The notes under the pieces were generated by a model. That model made no database searches. It was given only the letters and a program-made list of their open reading frames with translations, and had not been told where the DNA came from. DNA of 58,008 nt, the filler included, from Sphacelaria rigidula (Eukaryota), in the NCBI GenBank assembly GCA_964200075.2. It is 7 parts of 7 records of this genome, joined end to end, with 100 filler letters (N's around TTAATTAATTAA, not from the genome) between each part and the next. Parts side by side here need not be neighbours in the genome. Positions count along the whole stretch, not along the records: positions 16,605 to 24,806 come from CAXNAA020011934.1; positions 24,907 to 33,107 come from CAXNAA020011935.1; 5 more parts are not named here. One strand, 5' to 3'. Positions 20,071-33,207 of the stretch are shown here, piece after piece (positions within the stretch are counted from its first letter, which is position 1; the number at the start of each line of letters is the position of its first letter). A program made the translations under genes and the position numbers.

Positions 20071-23000
20071 GCCATCGGGTATTGGGATCTGTGCACACAT
20101 GTCGTCATCGACGGGCTGCGAACGCGCGAAAAAAGTCTTGACAAAATGAGTTGACACGACCCCTCTGTCTGTTGGTCCGATTTTCCGATGTTCGATACAG
20201 GATATATCAACCGATACACAAACCTACCGTATCTATCAGAAGTTCTCTAGCGTCCATTCAGCACCATGAATTTCCGCAGTTAGTTCTCCTTGGCGGGTGC
20301 CAGTGTAGATGCGGGCTTGAACAGGCTTGTATCCTATAGTGCTTGATGATCATGGGGATATGCAACTCAGACGGGAGAACGGCACGCCACTGCAACTACG
20401 TGCTGCGCGTGCAATAAATCATTACAATAATACTTCACATCATGCAGGCAGTTGGCAATTATTTATACAACAACCGTCCGGTCTAGTATTCAATCTAGAC
20501 GTACTATATGTCAAACTCGAGGTTCCCGGTGCACTCAACAGCAATTTTCATACCGGTAACCTCGAGTTTGACGTACGGTATATCTACTGCATGGTCCTCG
20601 AAACGTGAGATCACGAGAACACAGGTCCGTTTATGCGAACTGTTCGACAATATCCATGGTTGAACAAACTGTGTTATAGTGAATCTGTAGCGGTAGCCCT
20701 ATGACCCTGACTCCAGCGCAAGGCATACCCGAGCACCTTTGGGGAACGTCGATAGCATGATGTTCATTCACCAAGGAGGAATGACATAATGTATGTCACA
20801 ACCCTTTGATATTCTCTTCTTCCACGGGACTGTCAACCGAAATAATATACCGAAACAACGCCCGACGTTTCGAAAAATGTTCTGTGTTGCATCTCTCGAT
20901 TTGTTGGCGAAATCTTGGAGCGCAACACAATATTTCTCGCCCCGAGGGAATCTACGGTTGGCGGGAATCTTGCTGTATTACGCCGTATGGGCGCTTCTCC
21001 ATTTAACGCTGCACTAGTCCTATTTTCTCCTCCCCTCCTCTCCCTCCCTCAGCACGATACAACCCTGCACTTCGTTTCAAGTCTCGTGCTACGTTGAAAA
21101 GCCGCACCGCTCTTCGATATTTCGTCATACGTATCATACTCGTACATTGAACGGAAATATGGGGCGGCTTTGTCGCAGTTCGGGGCCATTTTACAAACCG
21201 TAACCCTAAACCCCGTCCTGAAGCATACAGAGAGAACCCTCGGACAATGAGGGTGCAAAAGGCGTTCTCGGCAAAGAGTGCGTTCGCAGACGCGAATGGG
21301 TGCCTGAAAAGCGTTCTGCGGACTGTACGAGACACTTCGACTGTCAATCTTATCAAAGATCCGACCTCCGGCATTCAATCAATGCCAACCATGAATACAA
21401 ATGCACAAACTCCACTGGAAATATGGTGCAACAACGGGATTCTATTTTGAAGGTATCTTTGACATATTTGGCACTAGATTTGGCAACTCGGTTTGGCACT
21501 CGAGGTTCGAAGCATATTTGGCAGTAATTTACTACGTAGTCTGATGTAGTCCATCTGAGCCATGCATGGCATGTTCAAGTGAAGCGGATGCCGCTGCCAC
21601 AGATAGATGACCTACTCTCGCTGTCTAAGGGTTGAGCACATCGGGAACTTCGAGTTTGGGGCACCTCTTCTTATGGGATGATTTGGATAAGATAATTTGG
21701 AGATAAACTCCATCATTGCTGCATGTTGCAAACATTCGAGATATCTGAAACTCCAGGTTCCTCATATATTTGTCCGTAAATTACTGTGAAATTGCGCTAG
21801 CGAACTATGTGACATTTGCTGTAGAGAGAGAGCAAGACAAAGAAACAAGCCTGAAGGGGTGCTTACGCCCATGCTGTACGAACCGGAAGCGTCTTTTCAT
21901 ATACCCCGAGGAGTACCATTCGGTGAACGTACTAAATTCATGTGCCTAGAGAATTTCTCCGGCTCTTAATACAACTCACCCCTTGTTCGAAAGTTACTCC
22001 TCCCTCAAGTGCCTGGCACGGGCACAAGTTGCTGTCTAGATATCCCCGACATTATATTCCGCGGGGAGGCACGGGTTGAGATAAATCTCATATCGTGATC
22101 GTCTGGAAGTGAAACAACACCCGCCCTCATCACTCCCCCTCCCGCCCCGAATATCACCTCCTCGTGTGTTGGTACATTATTCACCCATATCTCTTCTCCA
22201 CCCACTGCAGTAGCTTCTGCCCAAACTCGACAGGAAGGAGCGAAGAGCGGGTCGCGTGGGCACAAGCGAAGGTTAAGCGCTCAACGGGTGAGTGGGTGCC
22301 TCTATCGCACAGAGTTCATGCTACCATGTAATTGGGAGGGGTAGCTTTTGTATGATAACGGCGCATTGTATTATTGTGCAGTCGAGATAAAGTCGTTGGT
22401 GGCCCGCTGATGGGATCGAAGTCGACTGAATGAAGTGTATGTGAAGGCCCGAAAACGGGTCCCTTTATTACTCGTGCCACTACGGATGATTGTGTCGCAA
22501 CTTGAGTCCAGGTCCGTCTCAAGTTTTACGAAGATACTGCCCGCGCGCTCGTCCTTTCACATCCAAGTGATGCTGTTGAGGGTGCAAAAACGATCGAAGT
22601 TTGTGGGAAGACAGCTCTGGTGGACCGGGGAAGAGCAGCACGACACCTCCATAATCCCTCACGTAAAGCAGTAGTAATTGCGTGGTCCGATTCGCGAGAC
22701 GCCGTGGAATCAGGTCGTCAACGGCTCATCTTCTGTCCAACCGAAATTACGAGCCTCGGAGGATTGCGCTGTGGCTCTTGTTTGGTACGATAAGACCACA
22801 ATCGCGGGCAGCACGCAGAGGGTGACATGATATCTGCAGGAGTGCTGACACCTGGACAGATGAGGCACGAGCCTCTCCCTTACAGCAGGGCAGTGCCCAT
22901 ATATTGGCTTTATTTCGCCGTTCTCCAAATAAAATGCATCGTCACCAGCGGATAAAAACCGGTTCACGATGACATTATCATTGTGCCGTACACGGCCAAC

Positions 23001-24564
23001 AAGTTTTGAGGTGGCAGTTTCGGCTCTGAAACAAACAACCACCGGTCTCCAACCTCTGACCGGGAGGGTTGGCCACCTGCGCATGTATCCGTTTCACTTG
23101 AAAAAAGATACACGGTCCAGATGAACTGCCATCGCCGTCTTGGGGTTAACCCATTCACCACATCAGTGTAAGTCATATGTTGCATGATCATCAGATCGAC
23201 TTGAAAAAGCAGTTTGAAGACCCAAATGGCCTGCCGTGGCGGTTATGAGCGAAGGGTTAATCCAGATGGACTACCCACATGGTTTGACCATGCTGGATGC
23301 AACTCCGTAGACACAACAACAACAACAGTGGTATCGAACGGTATCAGTCAGTAATCAGTGCAAATAGTGTGCGGTCATTCCTGACTGTACTGTGGCACAT
23401 GTTACGGAATACAAAGGCTGACCCTCTCTATGGAGTGTTCCCCATTCAATTATACCGAGGCGGCATCTTTGAAGGTCGTGCCTCCATAAACACCGCACCC
23501 GTTGTCTGGTGATCCCGCAAGTTCCGGTATATGTTGCTTGATTCCGCAAGCGGGTGTTGGAGCAACAGTATCGGAGACCCAATTTGTTTTGTACGCTATG
23601 CGGATTGAAATTTGAAAGGATGGCTGTGATGAGCACTCAATCGGAACTACTACACAGAATGTCGAATGACAATAGTTGGAGAGTCGAGATCAAACCGGCA
23701 CGGTAGCAACGGCTACCAGCTACTCCTCCCAGCGTAGTCGATGCTTTCTGAGTTACCCCCTCCCTTACCCGGCCCAAACCTGTCACGAAGAAAATGGCCA
23801 TACAGCAGCGCGTAATGTTTGGTTTCAGCCTGCATGAAGCGCCTCACATAGGCGCGACATCGGAGATATTGAACCGAAGTGTGGGAATTCTAAGCTGCTC
23901 GTTGTGTCCGGCTTTTTTCATTTTGATGGCATCTCCCAAACCAGCCACTTTGAATTGGAGGGGGGTGGGGGGGCGTCCCAGAGAACGACTCCGTTTAACT
24001 CGCCCCCTCATCGGTCGAGACCCCCGCAGTAACACCGGTAGCAAGCACGGTTGAGATTTCTTTTCATGTGTGAAATTGCTGATCTCAATGTTCGCCCGCC
24101 CTCTAGCGCAAGACACCGCCATGGAGACGAGTCCGGGTGAAGTATGTGTATAATACCACCTCACTGTGTACCTCTCTTCTCATTGTGAACCTGTTCTTTG
24201 AGGGGATAACCTCCAAATAGTAGTACCAGAGCTCGCTTAGCCTACATCACGGCATCCCGAGGGCGACCGTTCTTGTCTTCTTCCATGGTGAACTTGGGAG
24301 TTGATCATCGGTGGCTCCTAAGTGACTTCGGTACTTGAGCATTTGGCAACGCGGTAACATTATGCCTCTTTTGCGGCGTTTTTCACGGAATCACACACTA
24401 GAGCTCACGATATTCAACCTGAGACAAAATTAACCCTTGAACCGTGATGCGGGTAGTCCATCCGGATCACGGATTCTTTCAAGTGAAATCGATGCCGATC
24501 CGCCAGTTGACCTACAGTATACTCTCGCGGTCAAAGGGGTGAATAAGCGATTATTTTTTCTCGG

Positions 24565-24806
24565 GGCGTGTCTTTGCACTTTTTTCTTCGATCGAAAAAA
24601 CGAGCGATGGAATCGATTCAAGTGAAAGATTCTCGTCTTGCTGCAGTCGGGTCCGGATGGATTTTAAAGCTTTCGATCGAAAAAAGGCAGAGTGAAATTC
24701 GTGAAACGGTACATGGTATGTACTGGTTGCACTGCTCCCAAGTAGGGAGTCTTGAGTGCGTGTGTGCGTGCTTCGTGCAGGAGAATATGAAGGGGAAGCG
24801 GACAAT
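24565..24806. mobile_element. Truncated copy (runs to the contig end) of the element family at 34125-34936
   Basis: Starts with the TIR-like GGCGTGTCTTTGCACTTTTTTCTTCGATCGAAAA. The remainder is the reverse complement of ~34680-34890. Confidence 0.7.
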
Positions 24807-24906
24807 NNNNNNNNNNNNNNNNNNNNNNNNNNNNNNNNNNNNNNNNNNNNTTAATTAATTAANNNNNNNNNNNNNNNNNNNNNNNNNNNNNNNNNNNNNN
24901 NNNNNN
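24807..24906. other. Artificial contig-joining spacer
   Basis: 44 N + TTAATTAATTAA + 44 N. Confidence 0.98.
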
Positions 24907-25079
24907 AGTACAGAAAAATGAGAGAATATACTGTACTGTACCCCACATATATATCTAGGGACACGGTGGGCCGCCAGGGGCAGGGTTGCTCTTTCTTAAG
25001 TTTGTCTAACATTTGAGGCTGATTTTCTTGCTGACACGTTTCTTACTAGCGGGCCGGTACTGTACGGCCTTAAAAACTA

Positions 25080-26585
25080 CGATAAACATCTCTCTCGCAA
25101 CCTCCCTGTGAAACGGGGGGGGGGGGCAGTCGGAAAGGCGAGGGCGTGATCGACCGGCCCTCCCGAAATGCCACAGCAGCAGCACACACAAATTCAAATA
25201 CCGACCGTAGAAAACTCCGTGGAAATAAGATTGCAGCATGCTTGCTTACGCAGATACACCCACTACACACCACCAGCAAGCAATCTAGACTTTACAAACA
25301 AACGGTGTGGTAGCGTACACTCGTAGCAGCACTGCAGGCAAGTAGGTAGCTGCTGGATTGTTTCTGCTCGTCACTTCGAAAGTGCTGATGTCCGCAAACG
25401 ACGACCACCGTGCTGGACCCCAAAAGCTCCACAACCACTGCCCAAGCACACCCCGTCTACAGTAAGAAGATGGACACCGTCAATCCACGGTGCTTTTTCC
25501 CCAACGACATGGACTAGGGTGTCACTAGCAAGGTTCCTGATGGATCTTGCACACTTACGAGCGCCACGGCGTGCTCACAAGGCAGCGCTGCGAAGTTGCA
25601 CTGCAGTCCGAAGTGTTCAGACTTCTCCTAACGTGAAAGCTTGGGAGAAAAAATCAAGCCGCTTCATTTTTGGAGAACTCTGAGCGCGGGGTCTGAAAAT
25701 GCCTAAAATTCCAGGGATCTCCGAAAAAACAGTGTCGATAATTAGGAGAGGGTCCGAAATTTCGAGAATCTCCTGGCGGCCCGCAGGGTCTGTTATTATA
25801 TGGGTCTAGTGTTGCTGTTAGATATCTCATTCCAGATGGTGCTGATCTCGTCGTTTGCTTGCCTTCTTTCGCCGGCAAAATAAAGGACAGGGTTATGCTA
25901 CCTGCCCATGTATGGCGTTCATAACTGGGGTAAACATATTTCTCACAACCTCTCTGTGACACGGGGGGGCAGCCGGACAGGCAGGGCGTGATCGACCGGC
26001 TCTCGGGATGCTGGAGCAGGACACATGGGTAAAATACCGACCGTAGAAAGCCCCGTGCATAGATTGCAGCATGCTTGCCTTCTATGAGTTGTATGCGCAG
26101 ATACACCCAATCAAACCACCAGCGAAACACTTATCAACCGGTGAGGTGGCGTACACTCGTAGCAGCACTGCAGGTAAGTAGGTAGCTCCTGGATTGTTTC
26201 TGCTCGTCACTTCGAAAGTACGTAGTATGCGTGTCTGCAAACGACGACCACCGTGCATGGCCCCTTTAGCTCCAACGCCGCTGTCGGGGCACACATCGTT
26301 TAATTAAGGAGGTAAATATCGCTAATCCGCGGTGCTTTTTACTCTACGACATAGCCCAAAGTGTCACTAGCAAGGTTCCTGATGATTCTCGCGTGCTTGC
26401 GAGCGCCACGGCGTGCGCCAAGGGCAGCTCTGCGGAGTGTTGCGCTGCGGTCCGAAAGGTTCGGAGTTCTCTCCCAACGTGAAGGTTCGGAGAAATATTC
26501 TAGCCGCTTCATTTTCGGAGAACTCCGAGCGCCAGGTATGATAACTCCTAAATTTTGGGAATCTCCGAAAAAATGTGTCGATAAT
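25080..26585. repeat. Two diverged direct copies of a ~660-bp unit (~25080-25745 and ~25930-26585)
   Basis: Collinear shared blocks include agggcgtgatcgaccggc, aaataccgaccgtagaaa, tacactcgtagcagcactgcagg, ggattgtttctgctcgtcacttcgaaagt, gtgtcactagcaaggttcctgatg and gggaatctccgaaaaaa. Confidence 0.85.
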
Positions 26586-26880
26586 AAAGACCATATATCC
26601 CGTATCATTAAGGCGAAACCGAGGCCAACATCGTCGAAATGGGCATTTTTGGAGGAGTTTTTTTTTCTCAACCACATGAAAAGAAGCAGTTTTATCGCGA
26701 TCGGAAAGACACCAAGGGGAAATAAATCACCACTACACAGGTTGTCTACGTATACCACAACCCCACCGTTATCCAGTTGGCTACTCTTTTCACGTAGCCC
26801 CCTCTTTGTCGAAGGTATTTCAGCTATTGAGGGGGTGATGATGTGTAGGGGGTCGGGAGCAGGCGGGAGGTGAAAGCTGC

Positions 26881-27123
26881 TACGGTAGGGGTGCACAAAT
26901 ATTCTCTGAGGTTAGAGTTGTTAGGAGTCCTTGATCTCATGCAAAACACGACTTATGAAAATATGTGAGAGTGCGCCAGGATTACTACTCAAATGTGCTG
27001 GGGATATCCCGAATGAATTTGCAAAAGGGGATGCCCTGACGCACATTTTTGTGCATCTAGGATCGTCAGGAGCCCCTGACGTAGACAAGATTTCGCGCAA
27101 AAAGTGCATACATCCCTGTCGTA
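26881..27123. mobile_element. MITE (~240 bp) with TA flanks
   Basis: TACGGTAGGGGTGCAC ... GTGCATACATCCCTGTCGTA imperfect TIRs. Homologous to 17867-18065. Confidence 0.65.
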
Positions 27124-28967
27124 GAATTGCACAGGTGGAGCTAGTGGTGGGTGGGCATGCTCTCAAATCGAGCCAAAACTTAGGGTGCGACTTGCACACT
27201 TTTTCTTATTATCCCGAAAACTACCGCTGCTGCTGGATAAAACGATAATAAATGGATGACATGCGTGTGGTTTGCGGTGCGCTCGCACCATTTAAATCTG
27301 TGAACGATCTACGTATGTAGCATAACACAACCCGAGGTTTGGTGGTGGTTGACCAGAACCGGTGACCGCGTGCGACTTTAAATCGTGACCCGATGGACCA
27401 TTTTCACATTTCCGATCCGAGGTTACGGGTCGGGTGGTGTTTTTTGCGGTCGATGTCAACGCACGCGACAGATGATACGTTTGAAAACGTTGTGGATAGA
27501 GAATACTGATCCGAAAGAAAGATTTGCTGTTGTGGCACGTGGGGAGCGCCATGGGTGATGTGATGCCTACCTTACTTGTACGTCTTTGGAGTAGGAGAAG
27601 AGTCTCGTGATGTGGGACGAGGGAGAGAGGGGCGTGTCGCCGATTGATGTGATGTTTTCCATTTTTTATGTTTCCCATTTTTTCATGTTTTCCATTTCCC
27701 TCGCGCGAACCAGCTTTCTTCATGGTTGTGTTGCAAAAGACTACGCTGCTATACCCTCGAACTACATGACTTTCTGAGTCACTGATGTGCGACGCACTCA
27801 TGAGCATGGTACTATCATCAGCGTCCTACTGCGAAAGCCTTGACAGGTTCAAACAAACCTCGTCAAGTGAAGGTCTCGATTGACACGGATAACATGTTCT
27901 CAAAGTGAGGTCAAAATATGCCTTTGACTGGGCCTGAGAGGAACCGTACCATGGCATCTACTTCCGCGATACCCTGTGATCATCTCAGTTGTTAGATCTG
28001 AAATCCTGACAGCGCTACAAGGAACAGAGGCACCGAATAAAAGGCACACTGGTCCAGTAAGGATCGTGGGTGGTCCGCTCAAAAAGGTTCGGCTGAAACG
28101 CATCCCGAAAATGATGAGAGTATCGTAGAGATGGACATCATTTCACCAGTGCCGTGACCTCAAAGCGTTTCTGGCTTGGCTCTTTAGTACAGCCCGTATC
28201 AAACACTGACTGCTGCACCAGGTTGTATACCGAACTTCAAACACGCGAACGGGAGGGTGATCGGCACAAAACCACCAGCAGTGCTGAATCAGCACACCAA
28301 AGACGTGAGACAGGTTGTTTGACCTACCAAAGTAATAATAATGTACTGGTACGCAACATAAGCAAAGCGCGAGGCCCAGAGAGCTTGGATTCACCAGCTA
28401 GAGCCATGTGCGCGGCAAAGGCACCGTACCGTCATGTTTGGCGTCTCTTTGAGTGGGCGTTTCGACCGCATCTTCTCTGTTCGAACACAGCACGCCTGAT
28501 GATGCGGGAAAATATTCATCGTCAGTTTGTGCTTTGTCATGAGTGGAATTGAGACGTGGTTCTTCGAGGAGATAGCTACAGTAGTACATACAGTGAAGCT
28601 GGTCTATGACCGTTTACTGTTACCACTGCGACTCCATCATCTTTCGAGTCGGTGTCCTTGACCGCGTCTTGTGTTTGGAGGTATGGAACAAGAAATGCGG
28701 TACTATAACTGGCGAAATACTGTATCTCGGAAGAGTTCTACAATATCTACACTGCAATACAGGTACACGACAGGTCGTTGATACTGTTGTCGCTGTAGAG
28801 GTGTACTGCTTGCTACTGCTGCGTTGCTGCACTGTTGTCTGTTGCAGATGCTCAACCATATTTCTTCTGACGTAGCGGCAAGCATCGCTGGTCTAAATGG
28901 AGCAATATATATGGCACGGCGCCGCCTCACATAGCCGCCCAGAGCTTACTGTCGCCGCTGCTGCTAT

Positions 28968-28999
28968 GGTTGTTGTTGTTGTTGTTGCTACTGCTGCTA

Positions 29000-29031
<32 letters not shown>

Positions 29032-29036
29032 GCTGC
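28968..29036. repeat. (GTT)n/(GCT)n trinucleotide repeat
   Basis: Read directly from the sequence. Confidence 0.85.
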
Positions 29037-29710
29037 GGAGTTGTTATTGCGCCCTATTTGCTGCGCGACAGACACGTCCAGCACTATATTTAATAATTAC
29101 AAGATGCCAAGAACTTGACAAGTGGCTCGTGGGAGTATAGCAAGGTTATGGCAATTACTCCGCGGGGCCCTTTCCAGGAACACCGTTCTGGCCGTTCTGG
29201 TCGGTTGGATGTAGGTGACTCAGTTAGAGGGACTCAACCAGATTCAACATCACACATCTGTTCCTCTGTCCCTCGGAAATGTGTGATGGGAGAGGTGCCA
29301 AACTCGAAAGTAGAAAGAAAAACGCCCAGGCCTTCTCACCCGCCGAATTTTCCGCGCTGATTACCCCGCAACTCTTCGTCGATATTCCGGGGAATTTGAG
29401 TGAGGCCTTGACAAAGATACGTCACACCGTTGTGCGGAGATGGGAGAAACGTAAGGTGCACCCAGGGACCACTTCCACTCGGCGCCTCGTGTACCCACCC
29501 CTACCCCCACACAACGCGCAACATTCCTCGATCACCATACGTCACAGACAGCTGTATCTCCCAACCGGACTACCTCAGCACACAACATCTTCAGAGCCGA
29601 AATCTATCGCGAGTGCACCATCAACATCTATCTCACGTTCGTTCGGACGTCGTCATCGATACGAAGGAGGTAGGAGTTCGCGACAGTAACAGCAGGACAG
29701 ACAGTGGAAA

Positions 29711-32700
29711 ATGATGCTGGGTCGTCGGTGGCTACGTGTCATTGCAGTGCTGCTGTGCTGCTATGTCCAGACCAGCAGCGCGTGCCCCTACCTACAGAGG
29801 AAGATGGCTCAAAAGCAACAGCAGCAGCGGCAACAACAGCAATTGCTTTCTGCTGCTACTGCAGCTGCTACTACTGAAGAAGAAGCGGTTCGAGACGTGC
29901 ATTCGGCCGCAGACAGCACTCGACAGGTATGTTCTTAAGAAGGTCGAACACCTTATTTATGTAGTACAAAAATGCACATTTTACTGGAATGCTGCGATTT
30001 ACTTGTGTAAAAAACGAGGCATCCACGCCAAGCTTTTGGTGTAGACAAGTCGTAGATATCATGATTACGACCGATAGCATTGGCGGGTATAGCTGCGGAA
30101 TAGACCGGCGAGGTTTGCTAGCAAGATCTGAAAGAGTAGGCTCTTAACCCTTTGCGTGCCCGCAGCTGGACACAAAAGTCTCCCTTTTGTCTTTTGAGCG
30201 GACATGATCGATGCCGATTCAACAGCTCGAGACACGCCTGGGTGGTGGTTGATTCCGATTACGAGAACGAAAGGAGCGGAAACTTGTTCTACGGTAGTAG
30301 ATATGTGATCGTCGGAGAAAGATGGAAGCGTGACATCGAGCAAACGGCTGGAAATTGTGACGCAGCTCACCCATACGGTTAAATGTCGGTCCTGAGCCGT
30401 TCCACACTTTACTCGTATACCACACTGGAGCGTTGATCCTCTTGGCCCGCCTCGCGCGGTTCGCGGTAAGTACTCGCATCAAGCGCTTGTTGTTGGGGGG
30501 GGCTCAAAAGGTGCTTCATACCTGCTGTACTCCCCTGTATATATAGAACAAGTGGGTGAGCAGGGATTTCCCGCCAACACTGTATACAGTACTACGACAA
30601 AAAGCGGGATAGACGTTGCCGCAGTGAGTCTGTGCACGACACTGAAATGTTCATGGCGGCGCATACGTTATTCACCAAAAAAAAAATTACCCAGAGAGGA
30701 TGAGCAACAGGTCTACTTCTCATCACAACACCCACCTCTCATAGTCACCTTGAACTCATTCCATCCAGACCCAAACTTTGAGAAAAAGTACGGGAGCTTC
30801 TCCCAAGGTGGTGCTTCGTCATCTTTATGGCGCGAGAGCCACGATATATCGATGACACAGTTTGCGGCACGTTTATGTATATCATGGCTGATGCTTTTTT
30901 TCTTGTTCTTCCTTCATTTTCGAATGTTGTGTGCGTATCTCCGGATGGTTTATGGATACGGTATATAATACCAACAGGTTCAAAGACGAGCTCAGTCAGC
31001 ATGCGGGAGCGACTTTTGCTACGGTAGCCTCGTGGACCTGCCCGCGCTCGAGTTGGACTGGGCAACCCTTGTCGATATCGCCAGACCTTCAGGAAATGGC
31101 TTAGTCGGTTATATGGAAGACTCGAGGGTAAGTGAGCACGCCGCACGTGGAATGTGGTAAGGTATCAATCAACCGCACAATGAAAACATTCAGTCAGTGT
31201 TGCGTTGTGAACCATGGGTACGGCAAAAATAAAAGGTAGCCCTAGTGAGTGCTTGTACTGCTGCTACTGTTCCACGTACTCTGTCCGTCCTCGTGGTACC
31301 CAGCATATTCCGATGTTTGCATTGAGTCTCGTTGGTTGTAGTTTCAGTTCCCGATGGTATTAATAGATATGCAATTGATCGAATGTTTACACAGTCCACA
31401 ATATCTCAGCATTTACTGTGCGTTCTACAACCACTGACAGGCTCGGGAGGACGAGTTGGACGGATTTCCCCTCAACAACGGAGCTTCGAACGCGGCCGCT
31501 GGGTAAGGACTATTCTTGACGGCGGCGGAAGTACAGAGATAATCTATACTGATTCGATCTCGGTAAAGATTTGGAGTAGCCGCTCACACTTCCGTTGTTT
31601 CGCATTTCGCGGAAACACACAGCACACGCACCTAGTTCACTTTGCCCACTGGTGCGAAAGGCTTGCGATGCCCCTTCCCCCCCATGACATGGACGTCGGA
31701 CAAACGAAGTTAGATTCCACAGCATCGTGTGAAGTAGTTGAAGCAGTGTTTTCGCCTCCCAAGCTTGCCGTATTTCCGCTACCGTCTAGAATGGCCGCAA
31801 CTCTACCCAAGCCTGACAGGATCTTTTTTTTGTATCATCAGCACGATCGGTACGTGGCGAAGTTCTGATGACGATCCCTCGGTATTGTAGTGTCACACAC
31901 GCGCGTACGATATAACAGTAAAAACAGATGTAGGCGCCGACGGCGCACCGGCAGCAGCAGCGCCAACATCAGCATCTCATCTTCAATTGATCCCAATGTG
32001 GCGTCGACATACAGATGATAATAGAGAATGATGAACAACTTACGATACCTTAACAACGATGGAAAATTTCGGAGTCGACGGGTGAAAACCGAAAGCACTG
32101 AAAGACATAAGGCAGAGTAATATCTATCGATGTACATACCACGTGCGGACCAGTAGCTGCGGTAAATTATGCCACAATTACATGTGGAAAAAACAGTATA
32201 CCACTTTGCATACAGCGATAGCTCACACCTCACATCGTGCGCAGATTCCCGAAATAACCTCGACGCGTCGTGCTTAAGTGGTGTTCGGTCAGTCGAAGCT
32301 CGCTTTTTCTCATTGCGGTATTGTATTCACATGCCTACGTGAACAACGATTCCCATGCAGGTACACCTACCTTGGACAGCTTCTGTCGCACGACATGAAC
32401 ATGGACGCCACGTCTACGCTGGGAGTACCCGTCGATCCCGCTACGTTGCCCAATACCAATAACCCTGCAGTGGACCTCGACACTATCTACAGTCATAACG
32501 TGAGTCTTTCTTGGCTGATGAAGCGCACATTCATACTAGCGTGGCGAGCCATAAATGCATAGCCATGTGGTGTTCACCTTTTTTTGTGGTAATATCACGC
32601 ATGGACGCCATACGCCTATTAAATGTATCTACCGCCAACAACTGTCGTAACGGTGTGGCGATTGTACTACACATCCTGGTCAGTCAGCTCAGGAATATAT

Positions 32701-33107
32701 GAGTATGTATTTGAGAGGAATGTGCGCTGGTCCCGTAAATGGACACAAATGAGAAGGGGACCAAAGGTCTCACCGTATGTCCTTCCAAACGTCTCCATCC
32801 CCACAGAAACATTTACCCCACAGGAGCCTCAAACGTCACACAGATGTTAAAGCTTGCGAGATCGACCTACTGCCCTGATACTAATAACCAACCTTCGTAG
32901 ACATTCTTTATACCCCGTCATCGCCCCCTCTCTACTCACGCTCCATACCCCTTTCCCTTGATATTCCCACTTTGCTGCCCTTCGCCGCACATGTACACCC
33001 CACCCCCACCACCACCGCTTGACCACGCCTACTTCATAGGGCTGCACCCCCAACCTGGAGAATGGAACGCACTTCATCGTGAACGACCGGGACTACGAGC
33101 GTGACAG
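29711..33107 (+). CDS. Secreted heme peroxidase of the peroxidase-cyclooxygenase (animal heme peroxidase) superfamily, bacterial-like type; 3'-truncated at the contig end
   Basis: Exons: 29711-29926 (ATG, hydrophobic signal peptide ..VIAVLLCCYVQTSSA-CPYL, poly-Q; gtatgt), 30769-30807 (tentative, weak donor gtggtg), 30978-31127 (FCYGSLVDLPALELDWATLVDIAR..GYMEDSR; gtaagt), 31441-31502 (..NNGASNAAAG, phase 2; gtaagg), 32361-32499 (YTYLGQLLSHDMNMDATSTLGVPVDPATLPNTNNPAVDLDTIYSHN; gtgagt), 33040-33107 (GCTPNLENGTHFIVNDRDYERD). AGYTYLGQxxxHD and N-x-x-x-P-x-x-DLD-x-I-Y match the distal-His region of this superfamily. All phases are consistent. Confidence 0.82.
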
Positions 33108-33207
33108 NNNNNNNNNNNNNNNNNNNNNNNNNNNNNNNNNNNNNNNNNNNNTTAATTAATTAANNNNNNNNNNNNNNNNNNNNNNNNNNNNNNNNNNNNN
33201 NNNNNNN
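33108..33207. other. Artificial contig-joining spacer
   Basis: 44 N + TTAATTAATTAA + 44 N. Confidence 0.98.

Noticed and set aside
21400..24350. Degraded transposon or retroelement coding region
   Set aside because: The composition looks coding-like, but all frames are interrupted and I could not recognise RT, integrase, transposase or helicase motifs. A blastx search is needed.
24430..24544. Tiny piggyBac-like MITE (TTAA-CCCTT...AAGGG)
   Set aside because: The right end lacks a clean TTAA and the TIR match is short, which is too weak to call.
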